A stretch of DNA of 64,000 nucleotides. Origin: Auanema rhodensis. Taxonomy: Eukaryota > Animalia > Nematoda. This document shows, in pieces, positions 41,150 to 52,500 of the stretch. The translations under genes were made by a program, and so were the position numbers. The stretch is from positions 19,468,001 to 19,532,000 of the forward strand of contig OZ059899.1 in the NCBI GenBank assembly GCA_964057225.1. Direction: 5' to 3'. The notes below the pieces were generated by a model. The model ran no database searches. It was given only the letters and a program-made list of their open reading frames with translations, and had not been told where the DNA came from. Numbering within the stretch: the first letter of the stretch is position 1; the number at the start of each line of letters is the position of its first letter.

Positions 41150-43564
41150 CGAAGCAATAATCAAATCCAATATTACAAGAAACAATGAAATTCAATGCTT
41201 TTTCAAACGAAAAAATAATTCATGTTATATTTAAATGAATTTGTTGTAAGATGATGAAAAATCTCATAAAAAGTGAAAACCAGCTAGAGCAGTAAACACA
41301 GCACATGTAGTAGCAAAAATCTTAAAGCTAACAAAGCAATAATCAAATCCAATATTACAAGAAGCAATGAAATTCAATGCTTTTTAAAACGAAAAAATAA
41401 TTCATGTTAGATTCAATTGAATTTCTTGTAAGATGATGAAAAATCTCATAAAAATGGAAAACCAGCTAGAGCACTGAAGCTATGCAGAAGCAAAATCTTA
41501 AAACAAACGAAGCAATAATCAAATCCAATATTACCAGAAACAATGAAATTCAATGCTTTTTAAAACGAAAAAAACAATTCATGTTAGATTTAAATGAATT
41601 TGTTGTAAAATGATGAAAAATCTCATAAAAAGTGAAAACCAGCTAGAGCAGTAAACACAGGACATGTAGTAGCAAAAATTTTAAAGCTAACAAAGCAATA
41701 ATCAAATCCAATATTACCAGAAACAATGAAATTCAATGCTTTTTAAAACGAAAAAACAATTCATGTTAGATTTAAATGAATTTCTTGTAAGATGATGAAA
41801 AATCTCATAAAAAGTGAAAACCAGCTAGAGCAGTAAACACAGGACATGTAGTAGCAAAAATTTTAAAGCTAACAAAGCAATAATCAAATCCAATATTACA
41901 AGAAACAATGAAATTCAATGCTTTTTCAAACGAAAAAATAATTCATGTTAGATTTAAATGAATTTGTTGTAAGATGATGAAAAATCTCATAAAAATGGAA
42001 AACCAGCTAGAGCACTGAAGCTATGCAGAAGGAAAATCTTAAAACAAACGAAGCAATAATCAAATCGAATATTACAAGAAACAATGATACTCACTACTAA
42101 ACGAAAAAATAGTTCATATTAGATTCAAATGAATTTGTAGCAAGATGATGAAAAATCTAATAAAAATGGAAAACCAGCTAGAGCAGTAAACACAGGGCAT
42201 GTAGTAGCAAAAATCATAAAGCTAACGAAGCAATATTCAAATCCATCATTACAAGAAACAATGATATTCAATGCTTCTTAAAAAGAAAAAATAATTCATA
42301 TTAGATTCAAATGAATTTGTTGTCACAGGACTATTATTCTCATAAAAATGGAAAACTAGCTAGAGCAGTAAACACAGGGCATGTAGTAGCAAAAATCTTA
42401 TAACTATCAAAGTAATATTCAAATCCAATATTACAAGAAACAATGATATTCACTACTATTTGAAACGAAAAAATAGTTCATATTAGATTCAAATGAATTT
42501 GTTGCAAGATTATGAAAAATCTAATAAAAATTGAAAACTAGCTAGAGCAGTAAACACAGGGCATATAGTAGCAAAAATCTTATAACTATCAAAGTAATAT
42601 TCAAATCCAATATTACAAGAAACAATTATATTCACTACTATTTGAAACGAAAAAATAGTTCATATTAGATTCAAATGAATTTGTTGCAAGATTATGAAAA
42701 ATCTCATAATAATAGAAAACCAGCTAAAGCAGCAAACTGAAGCTATGCAGAAGCAAAAATGTTAAAGGTAACAAAGCAATATTCAAATCCATCATTACAA
42801 GAAACAATGAAATTCAATGCTTTTTAAAAAAAAAAAATTCATATTAGATTCAAATGAATTTGTTGTCACAGGACGATTATTCTCATAAAAATGGAAAACT
42901 AGCTAGAGCAGTAAACACAGGGCATGTAGTAGCAAAAATCTTAAAGCAAACAAAGCAATATTCAAATCCAATATTACAAGAAACAATTATATTCACTACT
43001 ATTTGAAACGAAAAAATAGTTCATATTAGATTCAAATGAATTTGTTGCAAGATGGTGAAAAATCTAATAAAAATTGAAAACCAGCTAGAGCAGCAAACTG
43101 AAGCTATACAGTAGCAAAAATCATAAAGCTAACAAAGCAATATTCAAATCAATTATTACAAGAAACAATGATATTCAATGCTTTTCAAAACGAAAAAATA
43201 TTTCATCTTAGATTCAATTGAATTTGTTGTAAGATTATGAAAAATCTAATAAAAAGTGAAAACCAGCTAAAGCAGCAAACTGAAGCTATGCAGAAGCAAA
43301 AATGTTAAAGGTAACAAAGCAATATTCAAATCAATTATTACAAGAAACAATGATATTCAATGCTTTTCAAAACGAAAAAATAATTCATCTTAGATTCAAT
43401 TGAATTTGTTGTAAGATTATGAAAAATCTAATAAAAAGTGAAAACCAGCTAAAGCAGCAAACTGAAGCTATGCAGAAGCAAAAATCATAAAGCTAACGAA
43501 TCAATATTCAAATCCATCATTACAAGAAACAATGAAATTCAATGCTTTTCAAAAAAAAAATTCA
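41137..43564 (-). repeat. 182-bp satellite, reverse orientation (about 13 more heterogeneous monomers)
   Basis: Reverse complements of the forward motifs (CCAGCTAGAGCAG, CAAATCCAATATTACAAG, AATCTCATAAAA) recur every ~170-182 bp. Confidence 0.98.
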
Positions 43565-43617
43565 GGATCTAGTGCAGTTTTTCCCCCCCCCCCCGCCTAA
43601 GCCCCGCCCCTTTTGCC
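43565..43617 (+). repeat. Left terminal inverted repeat of the MITE
   Basis: Pairs with 43733-43786. Near-perfect over 43571-43617, with 2 mismatches in the outer 6 bp. Confidence 0.92.
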
Positions 43618-43732
43618 AAACGGTGCATACTTTTTGTCAGCCTGTATAATTTTAAACCAGCGGGAGACATACCTTTCAGAACGGGGGGTTTGGGGGGTTT
43701 ACCCCCCATTCCCGATGAACTGTGTGCATTTC

Positions 43733-43786
43733 GGCAAAAGGGGCGGGGCTTAGGGCCGGGGGGGGGGGAAAAACTGCACTTGAGCC
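43733..43786 (-). repeat. Right terminal inverted repeat of the MITE
   Basis: GGCAAAAGGGGCGGGGCTTAGGGCC(G11)AAAAACTGCACTTGAGCC, the reverse complement of the left end. Confidence 0.92.
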
Positions 43787-44153
43787 GAAAATTCTCATAA
43801 AAAGTGAAAACCAGCTAGAGCAGTAAACACAGGACATGTAGTAGCAAAAATTTTAAAGCTAACAAAGCAATAATCAAATCCAATATTACAAGAAACAATG
43901 AAATTCAATGCTTTTTCAAACGAAAAAATAATTCATGTTAGATTTAAATGAATTTGTTGTAAGATGATCAAAAATCTCATAAAAAGTGAAAACCAGCTAG
44001 AGCAGTAAACACAGCACATGTAGTAGCAAAAATCTAAAAGCTAACAAAGCAATAATCAAATCCAATATTACAAGAAACATAGAAATTCAATGCTTTTTAA
44101 AACGAAAAAATAATTCATATTAGATTCAATTGAATTTGTTGTCACATGACGAT
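43787..44153 (-). repeat. 182-bp satellite, reverse orientation (2 monomers between the MITE and the right 351-bp arm)
   Basis: Satellite resumes at GAAAATTCTCATAAAAAGTG and ends at GTCACATGACGAT (44153). Confidence 0.97.
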
Positions 44154-44249
44154 AAGTATAAGTGTGAACTTATATCAGTTGATATCTCGGTTCCTTTTTA
44201 AGCTAGCGCATATCTGATAACATAGATCGACGCAGCTTAAAAATCCGCA

Positions 44250-47200
44250 TCAAAAGCACTATATTACATTGAAAAACGCTCAATACAAAAATTAGTTATG
44301 ATCGTTTGAAAAATGATGCATTAGTGTATGTTGAGTTTCCATGTACACTCAACATTGCTTCCAAAAACATTTTGACAAAAATTTTCCCGAAAAATTTCAG
44401 AATAATTGCACAAAAAGTAGATGTTTTTAGATTCCTTTTTTCAAGGCAAAGACGATGGACAATGTTATTCAACGAAAAAATTAATTCTTCAGGGTGAAAA
44501 TTGAGGATATAAGTGTGAACTTATATCAGTTGATATCTCGGTGCATTTTCAAGCTAGCGCAAATCTGATAACACAGATCGACGCAGCTTAAAAATCCGCA
44601 TCGAATGCACTATACAACATTGAGAAACGCTTAATACAAAAATTAGTTATGATCGTTTGAAAAATGATGCATTAGTGTATGTTGACTTTCCATGTACACT
44701 CAACATTGCTTCCAAAAACATTTTGACAAAAATTTTCCCGGAAAATTTCGAAATAAATTCGCAAAAAGTAGATGTTTTTAGATTCCTTTTTTCAAGGCAA
44801 AGACGATGGACAATGTTATTCAACGAAAAAATTAATTCTGCAGGGTGAAAATCGAGGATATAAGTGTGAACTTATATCAGTTGATATCTCGGTGCATTTT
44901 TAAGCTAGCGGAAATCTGATAACATAGATCGACGCAGCTTAAAAATCCGCATCAAAAGCACTATATTACATTGAAAAACGCTCAATACAAAAATTAGTTA
45001 TGATCGTTTGAAAAATGATGCATTAGTGTATGTTGAGTTTCCATGTACACTCAACATTGCTTCCAAAAACATTTTGACAAAAATTTTCCCGAAAAATTTC
45101 AGAATAATTGCACAAAAAGTAGATGTTTTTAGATTCCTTTTTTCAAGGCAAAGACGATGGACAATGTTATTCAACGAAAAAATTAATTCTTCAGGGTGAA
45201 AATTGAGGATATAAGTGTGAACTTATATCAGTTGATATCTCGGTGCATTTTCAAGCTAGCGCAAATCTGATAACACAGATCGACGCAGCTTAAAAATCCG
45301 CATCGAATGCACTATACAACATTGAGAAACGCTTAATACAAAAATTAGTTATGATCGTTTGAAAAATGATGCATTAGTGTATGTTGAGTTTCCATGTACA
45401 CTCAACATAGCTTCCAAAAACATTTTGACAAAAATTTTTCCGAAAAATTTCGAAATAAATTCGCAAAAAGTAGATGTTTTTAGATTCCTTTTTTCAAGGC
45501 AAAGACGATGGACAATGTTATTCAACGAAAAAATTAATTCTGCAGGGTGAAAATCGAGGATATAAGTGTGAACTTATATCAGTTGATATCTCGGTGCATT
45601 TTTAAGCTAGCGGAAATCTGATAACACAGATCGACGCAGCTTAAAAATCCGCATCGAATGCACTATACTGCATTGAGAAACGCTTATTACAAAAGTTAGT
45701 TATGATCGTTTGAAAAATGATGCATTAGTGTATGTTGAGTTTCCATGTACACTCAACATTGCTTCCAAAAACATTTTGACAAAAATTTTTCCGAAAAATT
45801 TTAAAATAATTTCGCAAAAAGTCGATGTTTTTAGATTTCTTTTTTCAAGGCAAAGACGATAGACAATGTTATTCAACGAAAAAATTATTTCTGCAGGGTG
45901 AAAATCGAGGATATAAGTGTGAACTTATATCAGTTGATATCTCGGTGCATTTTTAAGCTAGCGCAAATCTGATAACACAGATCGACGCAGCTTAAAAATC
46001 CGCATCGAATGCACTATACTACATTGAGAAACGCTTGATACAAAAATTAGGTATGATCGTTTGAAAAATGATGCATTAGTGTATGTTGAGTTTCCATGTA
46101 CACTCAACATTGCTTCCAAAAACATTTTGACAAAAATTTTTCCGAAAAATTTTAAAATAATTTCGCGAAAATTAGATGTTTTTAGATTCCTTTTTTCAAG
46201 GCAAAGACGATGGACAATGTTATTCAACGAAAAAATTATTTCTGCAGGGTGAAAATCGAGGATATAAGTGTGAACTTATATCAGTTGATATCTCGGTGCA
46301 TTTTTAAGCTAGCGCAAATCTGATAACACAGATCGACGCAGCTTAAAAATCCGCATCGAATGCACTATACAACATTGAGAAACGCTCAATACAAAAATTA
46401 GTTATGATCGTTTGAAAAATGATGCATTAGTGTATGTTGAGTTTCCATGTACACTCAACATTGCTTCCAAAAACATTTTGATAAAAATTTTTCCGAAAAA
46501 TTTCAAAATAATTTCGCGAAAAGTAGATGTTTTTAGATTCCTTTTTTCAAGGCAAAGACGATGGACAATGTTATTCAACGAAAAAATTATTTCTGCAGGG
46601 TGAAAATCGAGGATATAAGTGTGAACTTATATCAGTTGATATCTCGGTGCATTTTTAAGCTAGCGCAAATCTGATAACACAGATCGACGCAGCTTAAAAA
46701 TCCGCATCGAATGCACTATATTACATTGAAAAACGCTCAATACAAAAATTAGTTATGATCGTTTGAAAAATGATGCATTAGTGTATGTTGAGTTTCCATG
46801 TACACTCAACATTGCTTCCAAAAACATTTTGATAAAAATTTTTCCGAAAAATTTCAAAATAATTTCGCGAAAAGTAGATGTTTTTAGATTCCTTTTTTCA
46901 AGGCAAAGACGATGGACAATGTTATTCAACGAAAAAATTATTTCTGCAGGGTGAAAATTGAGGATATAAGTGTGAACTTATATCAGTTGATATCTCGGTG
47001 CATTTTTAAGCTAGCGCAAATCTGATAACACAGATCGACGCAGCTTAAAAATCCGCATCGAATGCACTATATTACATTGAAAAACGCTCAATACAAAAAT
47101 TAGTTATGATCGTTTGAAAAATGATGCATTAGTGTATGTTGAGTTTCCATGTACACTCAACATTGCTTCCAAAAACATTTTGACAAAAATTTTCCCGAAA

Positions 47201-49500
47201 AATTTCAGAATAATTGCACAAAAAGTAGATGTTTTTAGATTCCTTTTTTCAAGGCAAAGACGATGGACAATGTTATTCAACGAAAAAATTAATTCTTCAG
47301 GGTGAAAATTGAGGATATAAGTGTGAACTTATATCAGTTGATATCTCGGTGCATTTTCAAGCTAGCGCAAATCTGATAACACAGATCGACGCAGCTTAAA
47401 AATCCGCATCGAATGCACTATACAACATTGAGAAACGCTTAATACAAAAATTAGTTATGATCGTTTGAAAAATGATGCATTAGTGTATGTTGACTTTCCA
47501 TGTACACTCAACATTGCTTCCAAAAACATTTTGACAAAAATTTTCCCGAAAAATTTCGAAATAAATTCGCAAAAAGTAGATGTTTTTAGATTCCTTTTTT
47601 CAAGGCAAAGACGATGGACAATGTTATTCAACGAAAAAATTAATTCTGCAGGGTGAAAATCGAGGATATAAGTGTGAACTTATATCAGTTGATATCTCGG
47701 TGCATTTTTAAGCTAGCGGAAATCTGATAACATAGATCGACGCAGCTTAAAAATCCGCATCAAAAGCACTATATTACATTGAAAAACGCTCAATACAAAA
47801 ATTAGTTATGATCGTTTGAAAAATGATGCATTAGTGTATGTTGAGTTTCCATGTACACTCAACATTGCTTCCAAAAACATTTTGACAAAAATTTTCCCGA
47901 AAAATTTCAGAATAATTGCAAAAAAAGTAGATGTTTTTAGATTCCTTTTTTCAAGGCAAAGACGATGGACAATGTTATTCAACGAAAAAATTAATTCTTC
48001 AGGGTGAAAATTGAGGATATAAGTGTGAACTTATATCAGTTGATATCTCGGTGCATTTTCAAGCTAGCGCAAATCTGATAACACAGATCGACGCAGCTTA
48101 AAAATCCGCATCGAATGCACTATACAACATTGAGAAACGCTTAATACAAAAATTAGTTATGATCGTTTGAAAAATGATGCATTAGTGTATGTTGAGTTTC
48201 CATGTACACTCAACATAGCTTCCAAAAACATTTTGACAAAAATTTTTCCGAAAAATTTCGAAATAAATTCGCAAAAAGTAGATGTTTTTAGATTCCTTTT
48301 TTCAAGGCAAAGACGATGGACAATGTTATTCAACGAAAAAATTAATTCTGCAGGGTGAAAATCGAGGATATAAGTGTGAACTTATATCAGTTGATATCTC
48401 GGTGCATTTTTAAGCTAGCGGAAATCTGATAACACAGATCGACGCAGCTTAAAAATCCGCATCGAATGCACTATACTGCATTGAGAAACGCTTATTACAA
48501 AAGTTAGTTATGATCGTTTGAAAAATGATGCATTAGTGTATGTTGAGTTTCCATGTACACTCAACATTGCTTCCAAAAACATTTTGACAAAAATTTTTCC
48601 GAAAAATTTTAAAATAATTTCGCAAAAAGTCGATGTTTTTAGATTTCTTTTTTCAAGGCAAAGACGATGGACAATGTTATTCAACGAAAAAATTATTTCT
48701 GCAGGGTGAAAATCGAGGATATAAGTGTGAACTTATATCAGTTGATATCTCGGTGCATTTTTAAGCTAGCGCAAATCTGATAACACAGATCGACGCAGCT
48801 TAAAAATCCGCATCGAATGCACTATACTACATTGAGAAACGCTTGATACAAAAATTAGGTATGATCGTTTGAAAAATGATGCATTAGTGTATGTTGAGTT
48901 TCCATGTACACTCAACATTGCTTCCAAAAACATTTTGACAAAAATTTTTCCGAAAAATTTTAAAATAATTTCGCGAAAATTAGATGTTTTTAGATTCCTT
49001 TTTTCAAGGCAAAGACGATGGACAATGTTATTCAACGAAAAAATTATTTCTGCAGGGTGAAAATCGAGGATATAAGTGTGAACTTATATCAGTTGATATC
49101 TCGGTGCATTTTTAAGCTAGCGCAAATCTGATAACACAGATCGACGCAGCTTAAAAATCCGCATCGAATGCACTATACAACATTGAGAAACGCTCAATAC
49201 AAAAATTAGTTATGATCGTTTGAAAAATGATGCATTAGTGTATGTTGAGTTTCCATGTACACTCAACATTGCTTCCAAAAACATTTTGATAAAAATTTTT
49301 CCGAAAAATTTCAAAATAATTTCGCGAAAAGTAGATGTTTTTAGATTCCTTTTTTCAAGGCAAAGACGATGGACAATGTTATTCAACGAAAAAATTATTT
49401 CTGCAGGGTGAAAATCGAGGATATAAGTGTGAACTTATATCAGTTGATATCTCGGTGCATTTTTAAGCTAGCGCAAATCTGATAACACAGATCGACGCAG
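44250..49500 (-). repeat. 8-mer higher-order repeat (2808 bp, about 2 copies) with an internal dimer duplication, right 351-bp arm
   Basis: The variant series at 44306, 44657, 45008, 45359, 46061, 46412 recurs at 47114, 47465, 47816, 48167, 48869, 49220. Confidence 0.88.
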
Positions 49501-52500
49501 CTTAAAAATCCGCATCGAATGCACTATACTGCATTGAGAAACGCTTATTACAAAAGTTAGTTATGATCGTTTGAAAAATGATGCATTAGTGTATGTTGAG
49601 TTTCCATGTACACTCAACATTGCTTCCAAAAACATTTTGACAAAAATTTTTCCGAAAAATTTTAAAATAATTTCGCAAAAAGTCGATGTTTTTAGATTTC
49701 TTTTTTCAAGGCAAAGACGATGGACAATGTTATTCAACGAAAAAATTATTTCTGCAGGGTGAAAATCGAGGATATAAGTGTGAACTTATATCAGTTGATA
49801 TCTCGGTGCATTTTTAAGCTAGCGCAAATCTGATAACACAGATCGACGCAGCTTAAAAATCCGCATCGAATGCACTATACTACATTGAGAAACGCTCAAT
49901 ACAAAAATTAGTTATGATCGTTTGAAAAATGATGCATTAGTGTATGTTGAGTTTCCATGTACACTCAACATTGCTTCCAAAAACATTTTGACAAAAATTT
50001 TTCCGAAAAATTTCGAAAAAATTTCGCGAAAAAGAGATGTTTTTAGATTCCTTTTTTCAAGGCAAAGACGATGGACAATGTTATTCAACAAAAAAATTAT
50101 TTCTGCAGGGTGAAAATCGAGGATATAAGTGTGAACTTATATCAGTTGATATCTCGGTGCATTTTTAAGCTAGCGCAAATCTGATAGCACAGATCGACGC
50201 AGCTTAAAAATCCGCATCGAATGCACTATACTACATTGAGAAACGCTCAATACAAAAATTAGTTATGATCGTTTGAAAAATGATGCATTAGTGTATGTTG
50301 AGTTTCCATGTACACTCAACATTGCTTCCAAAAACATTTTGACAAAAATTTTTCCGAAAAATTTCGAAAAAATTTCGCGAAAAAGAGATGTTTTTAGATT
50401 CCTTTTTTTAAGGCAAAGACGATGGACAATGTTATTCAACAAAAAAATTATTTCTGCAGGGTGAAAATCGAGGATATAAGTGTGAACTTATATCAGTTGA
50501 TATCTCGGTGCATTTTTAAGCTAGCGCAAATCTGATAACACAGATCGACGCAGCTTAAAAATCCGCATCGAATGCACTATACTACATTGAAAAACGCTTA
50601 ATACAAAAATTAGTTATGATCGTTTGAAAAAAGATGCATTAGTGTATGTTGAGTTTCCATGTACACTCAACATTGCTTCCAAAAACATTTTGACAAAAAT
50701 TTTTCCGAAAAATTTCGAGAAAATTTCGCGAAAAGTAGATGTTTTTAGATTCCTTTTTTCAAGGCAAAGACGATGGACAATGTTATTCAACGAAAAAATT
50801 ATTTCTGCAGGGTGAAAATCGAGGATATAAGTGTGAACTTATATTAGTTGATATCTCGGTGCATTTTTAAGCTAGCGCAAATCTGATAACACAGATCGAC
50901 GCAGCTTAAAAATCCGCATCGAATGCATTATACAACATTGAGAAACGCTTGATACAAAAATTAGTTATGATCGTTTGAAAAATGATGCATTAGTGTATGT
51001 TGAGTTTCCATGTACACTCAACATTGCTTCCAAAAACATTTTGACAAAAATTTTTCCGAAGAATTTCAAAATAATTTCGCGAAAAGTAGATGTTTTTAGA
51101 TTCCTTTTTTCAAGGCAAAGACGATGGACAATGTTATTCAACGAAAAAATTAATTCTCCAGAGTGAAAATCGAGGATATAAGTGTGAACTTATATCAGTT
51201 GATATCTCGGTGCAATTTTAAGCTAGCGCAAATCTGATAATACAGATCGACGCAGCTTAAAAATCCGCATCGAATGCATTATACTGCATTGAGAAACGCT
51301 TAATACAAAAGTTAGTTATGATCGTTTGAAAAATGATGCATTAGTGTATGTTGAGTTTCCATGTACACTCAACATTGCTTCCAAAAACATTTTGACAAAA
51401 ATTTTTCCGAAAAATTTCAAAATAATTTCGCAAAAAGTAGATGTTTTTAGATTCCTTTTTTCAAGGCAAAGACGATGGACAATGTTATTCAACGAAAAAA
51501 TTAATTCTGCAGGGTGAAAATCGAGGATATAAGTGTGAACTTATATCAGTTGATATCTCGGTGCATTTTTAAGCTAGCGCAAATCTGATAACACAGATCG
51601 ACGCAGCTTAAAAATCCGCATCGAATGCACTATATTACATTGAAAAACGCTCAATACAAAAATTAGTTATGATCGTTTGAAAAATGATGCATTAGTGTAT
51701 GTTGAGTTTCCATGTACACTCAACATTGCTTCCAAAAACATTTTGACAAAAATTTTTCCGAAAAATTTCAAAATAATTTCGCAAAAATTAGATGTTTTTA
51801 GATTCCTTTTTTCAAGGCAAAGACGATGGACAATGTTATTCAACGAAAAAATTATTTCTGCAGGGTGAAAATCGAGGATATAAGTGTGAACTTATATTAG
51901 TTGATATCTCGGTGCATTTTTAAGCTAGCGCAAATCTGATAACACAGATCGACGCAGCTTAAAAATCCGCATCGAATGCACTATACTACATTGAGAAACG
52001 CTTGATACAAAAATTAGGTATGATCGTTTGAAAAATGATGCATTAGTGTATGTTGAGTTTCCATGTACACTCAACATTGCTTCCAAAAACATTTTGACAA
52101 AAATTTTTCCGAAAAATTTCGAAAAAATTTCGCGAAAAGTAGATGTTTTTAGATTCCTTTTTTCAAGGCAAAGACGATGGACAATGTTATTCAACGAAAA
52201 AATTATTTCTGCAGGGTGAAAATCGAGGATATAAGTGTGAACTTATATTAGTTGATATCTCGGTGCATTTTTAAGCTAGCGCAAATCTGATAACACAGAT
52301 CGACGCAGCTTAAAAATCCGCATCGAATGCACTATACTACATTGAGAAACGCTTGATACAAAAATTAGGTATGATCGTTTGAAAAATGATGCATTAGTGT
52401 ATGTTGAGTTTCCATGTACACTCAACATTGCTTCCAAAAACATTTTGACAAAAATTTTTCCGAAAAATTTCGAAAAAATTTCGCGAAAAGTAGATGTTTT

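Larger units (their letters stand above)
43565..43786. mobile_element. 222-bp non-autonomous DNA-transposon-like element (MITE), superfamily uncertain (GG...CC termini are Merlin-like)
   Basis: The only non-satellite GC-rich block in the window. Left end reads GGATCTAGTGCAGTTTTT(C12)GCCTAAGCCCCGCCCCTTTTGCC. The reverse complement of the right end reads GGCTCAAGTGCAGTTTTT(C11)GGCCCTAAGCCCCGCCCCTTTTGCC. No ORF and no perfect target-site duplication. Confidence 0.8.

Noticed and set aside
43681-43760. Telomeric repeat seed (GGGGGGTTT x2, single TTAGGG)
   Set aside because: Only one or two units, embedded in the MITE hairpin and TIR.
43556-43795. Clean target-site duplication for the MITE
   Set aside because: The flanks match only 7/9, and each is explained by native satellite sequence at a different monomer position.
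31901-44153. CRISPR array or variable-cassette system
   Set aside because: The variable segments are a few recurring related subtypes, not unique spacers, and no cas or recombinase genes are present.
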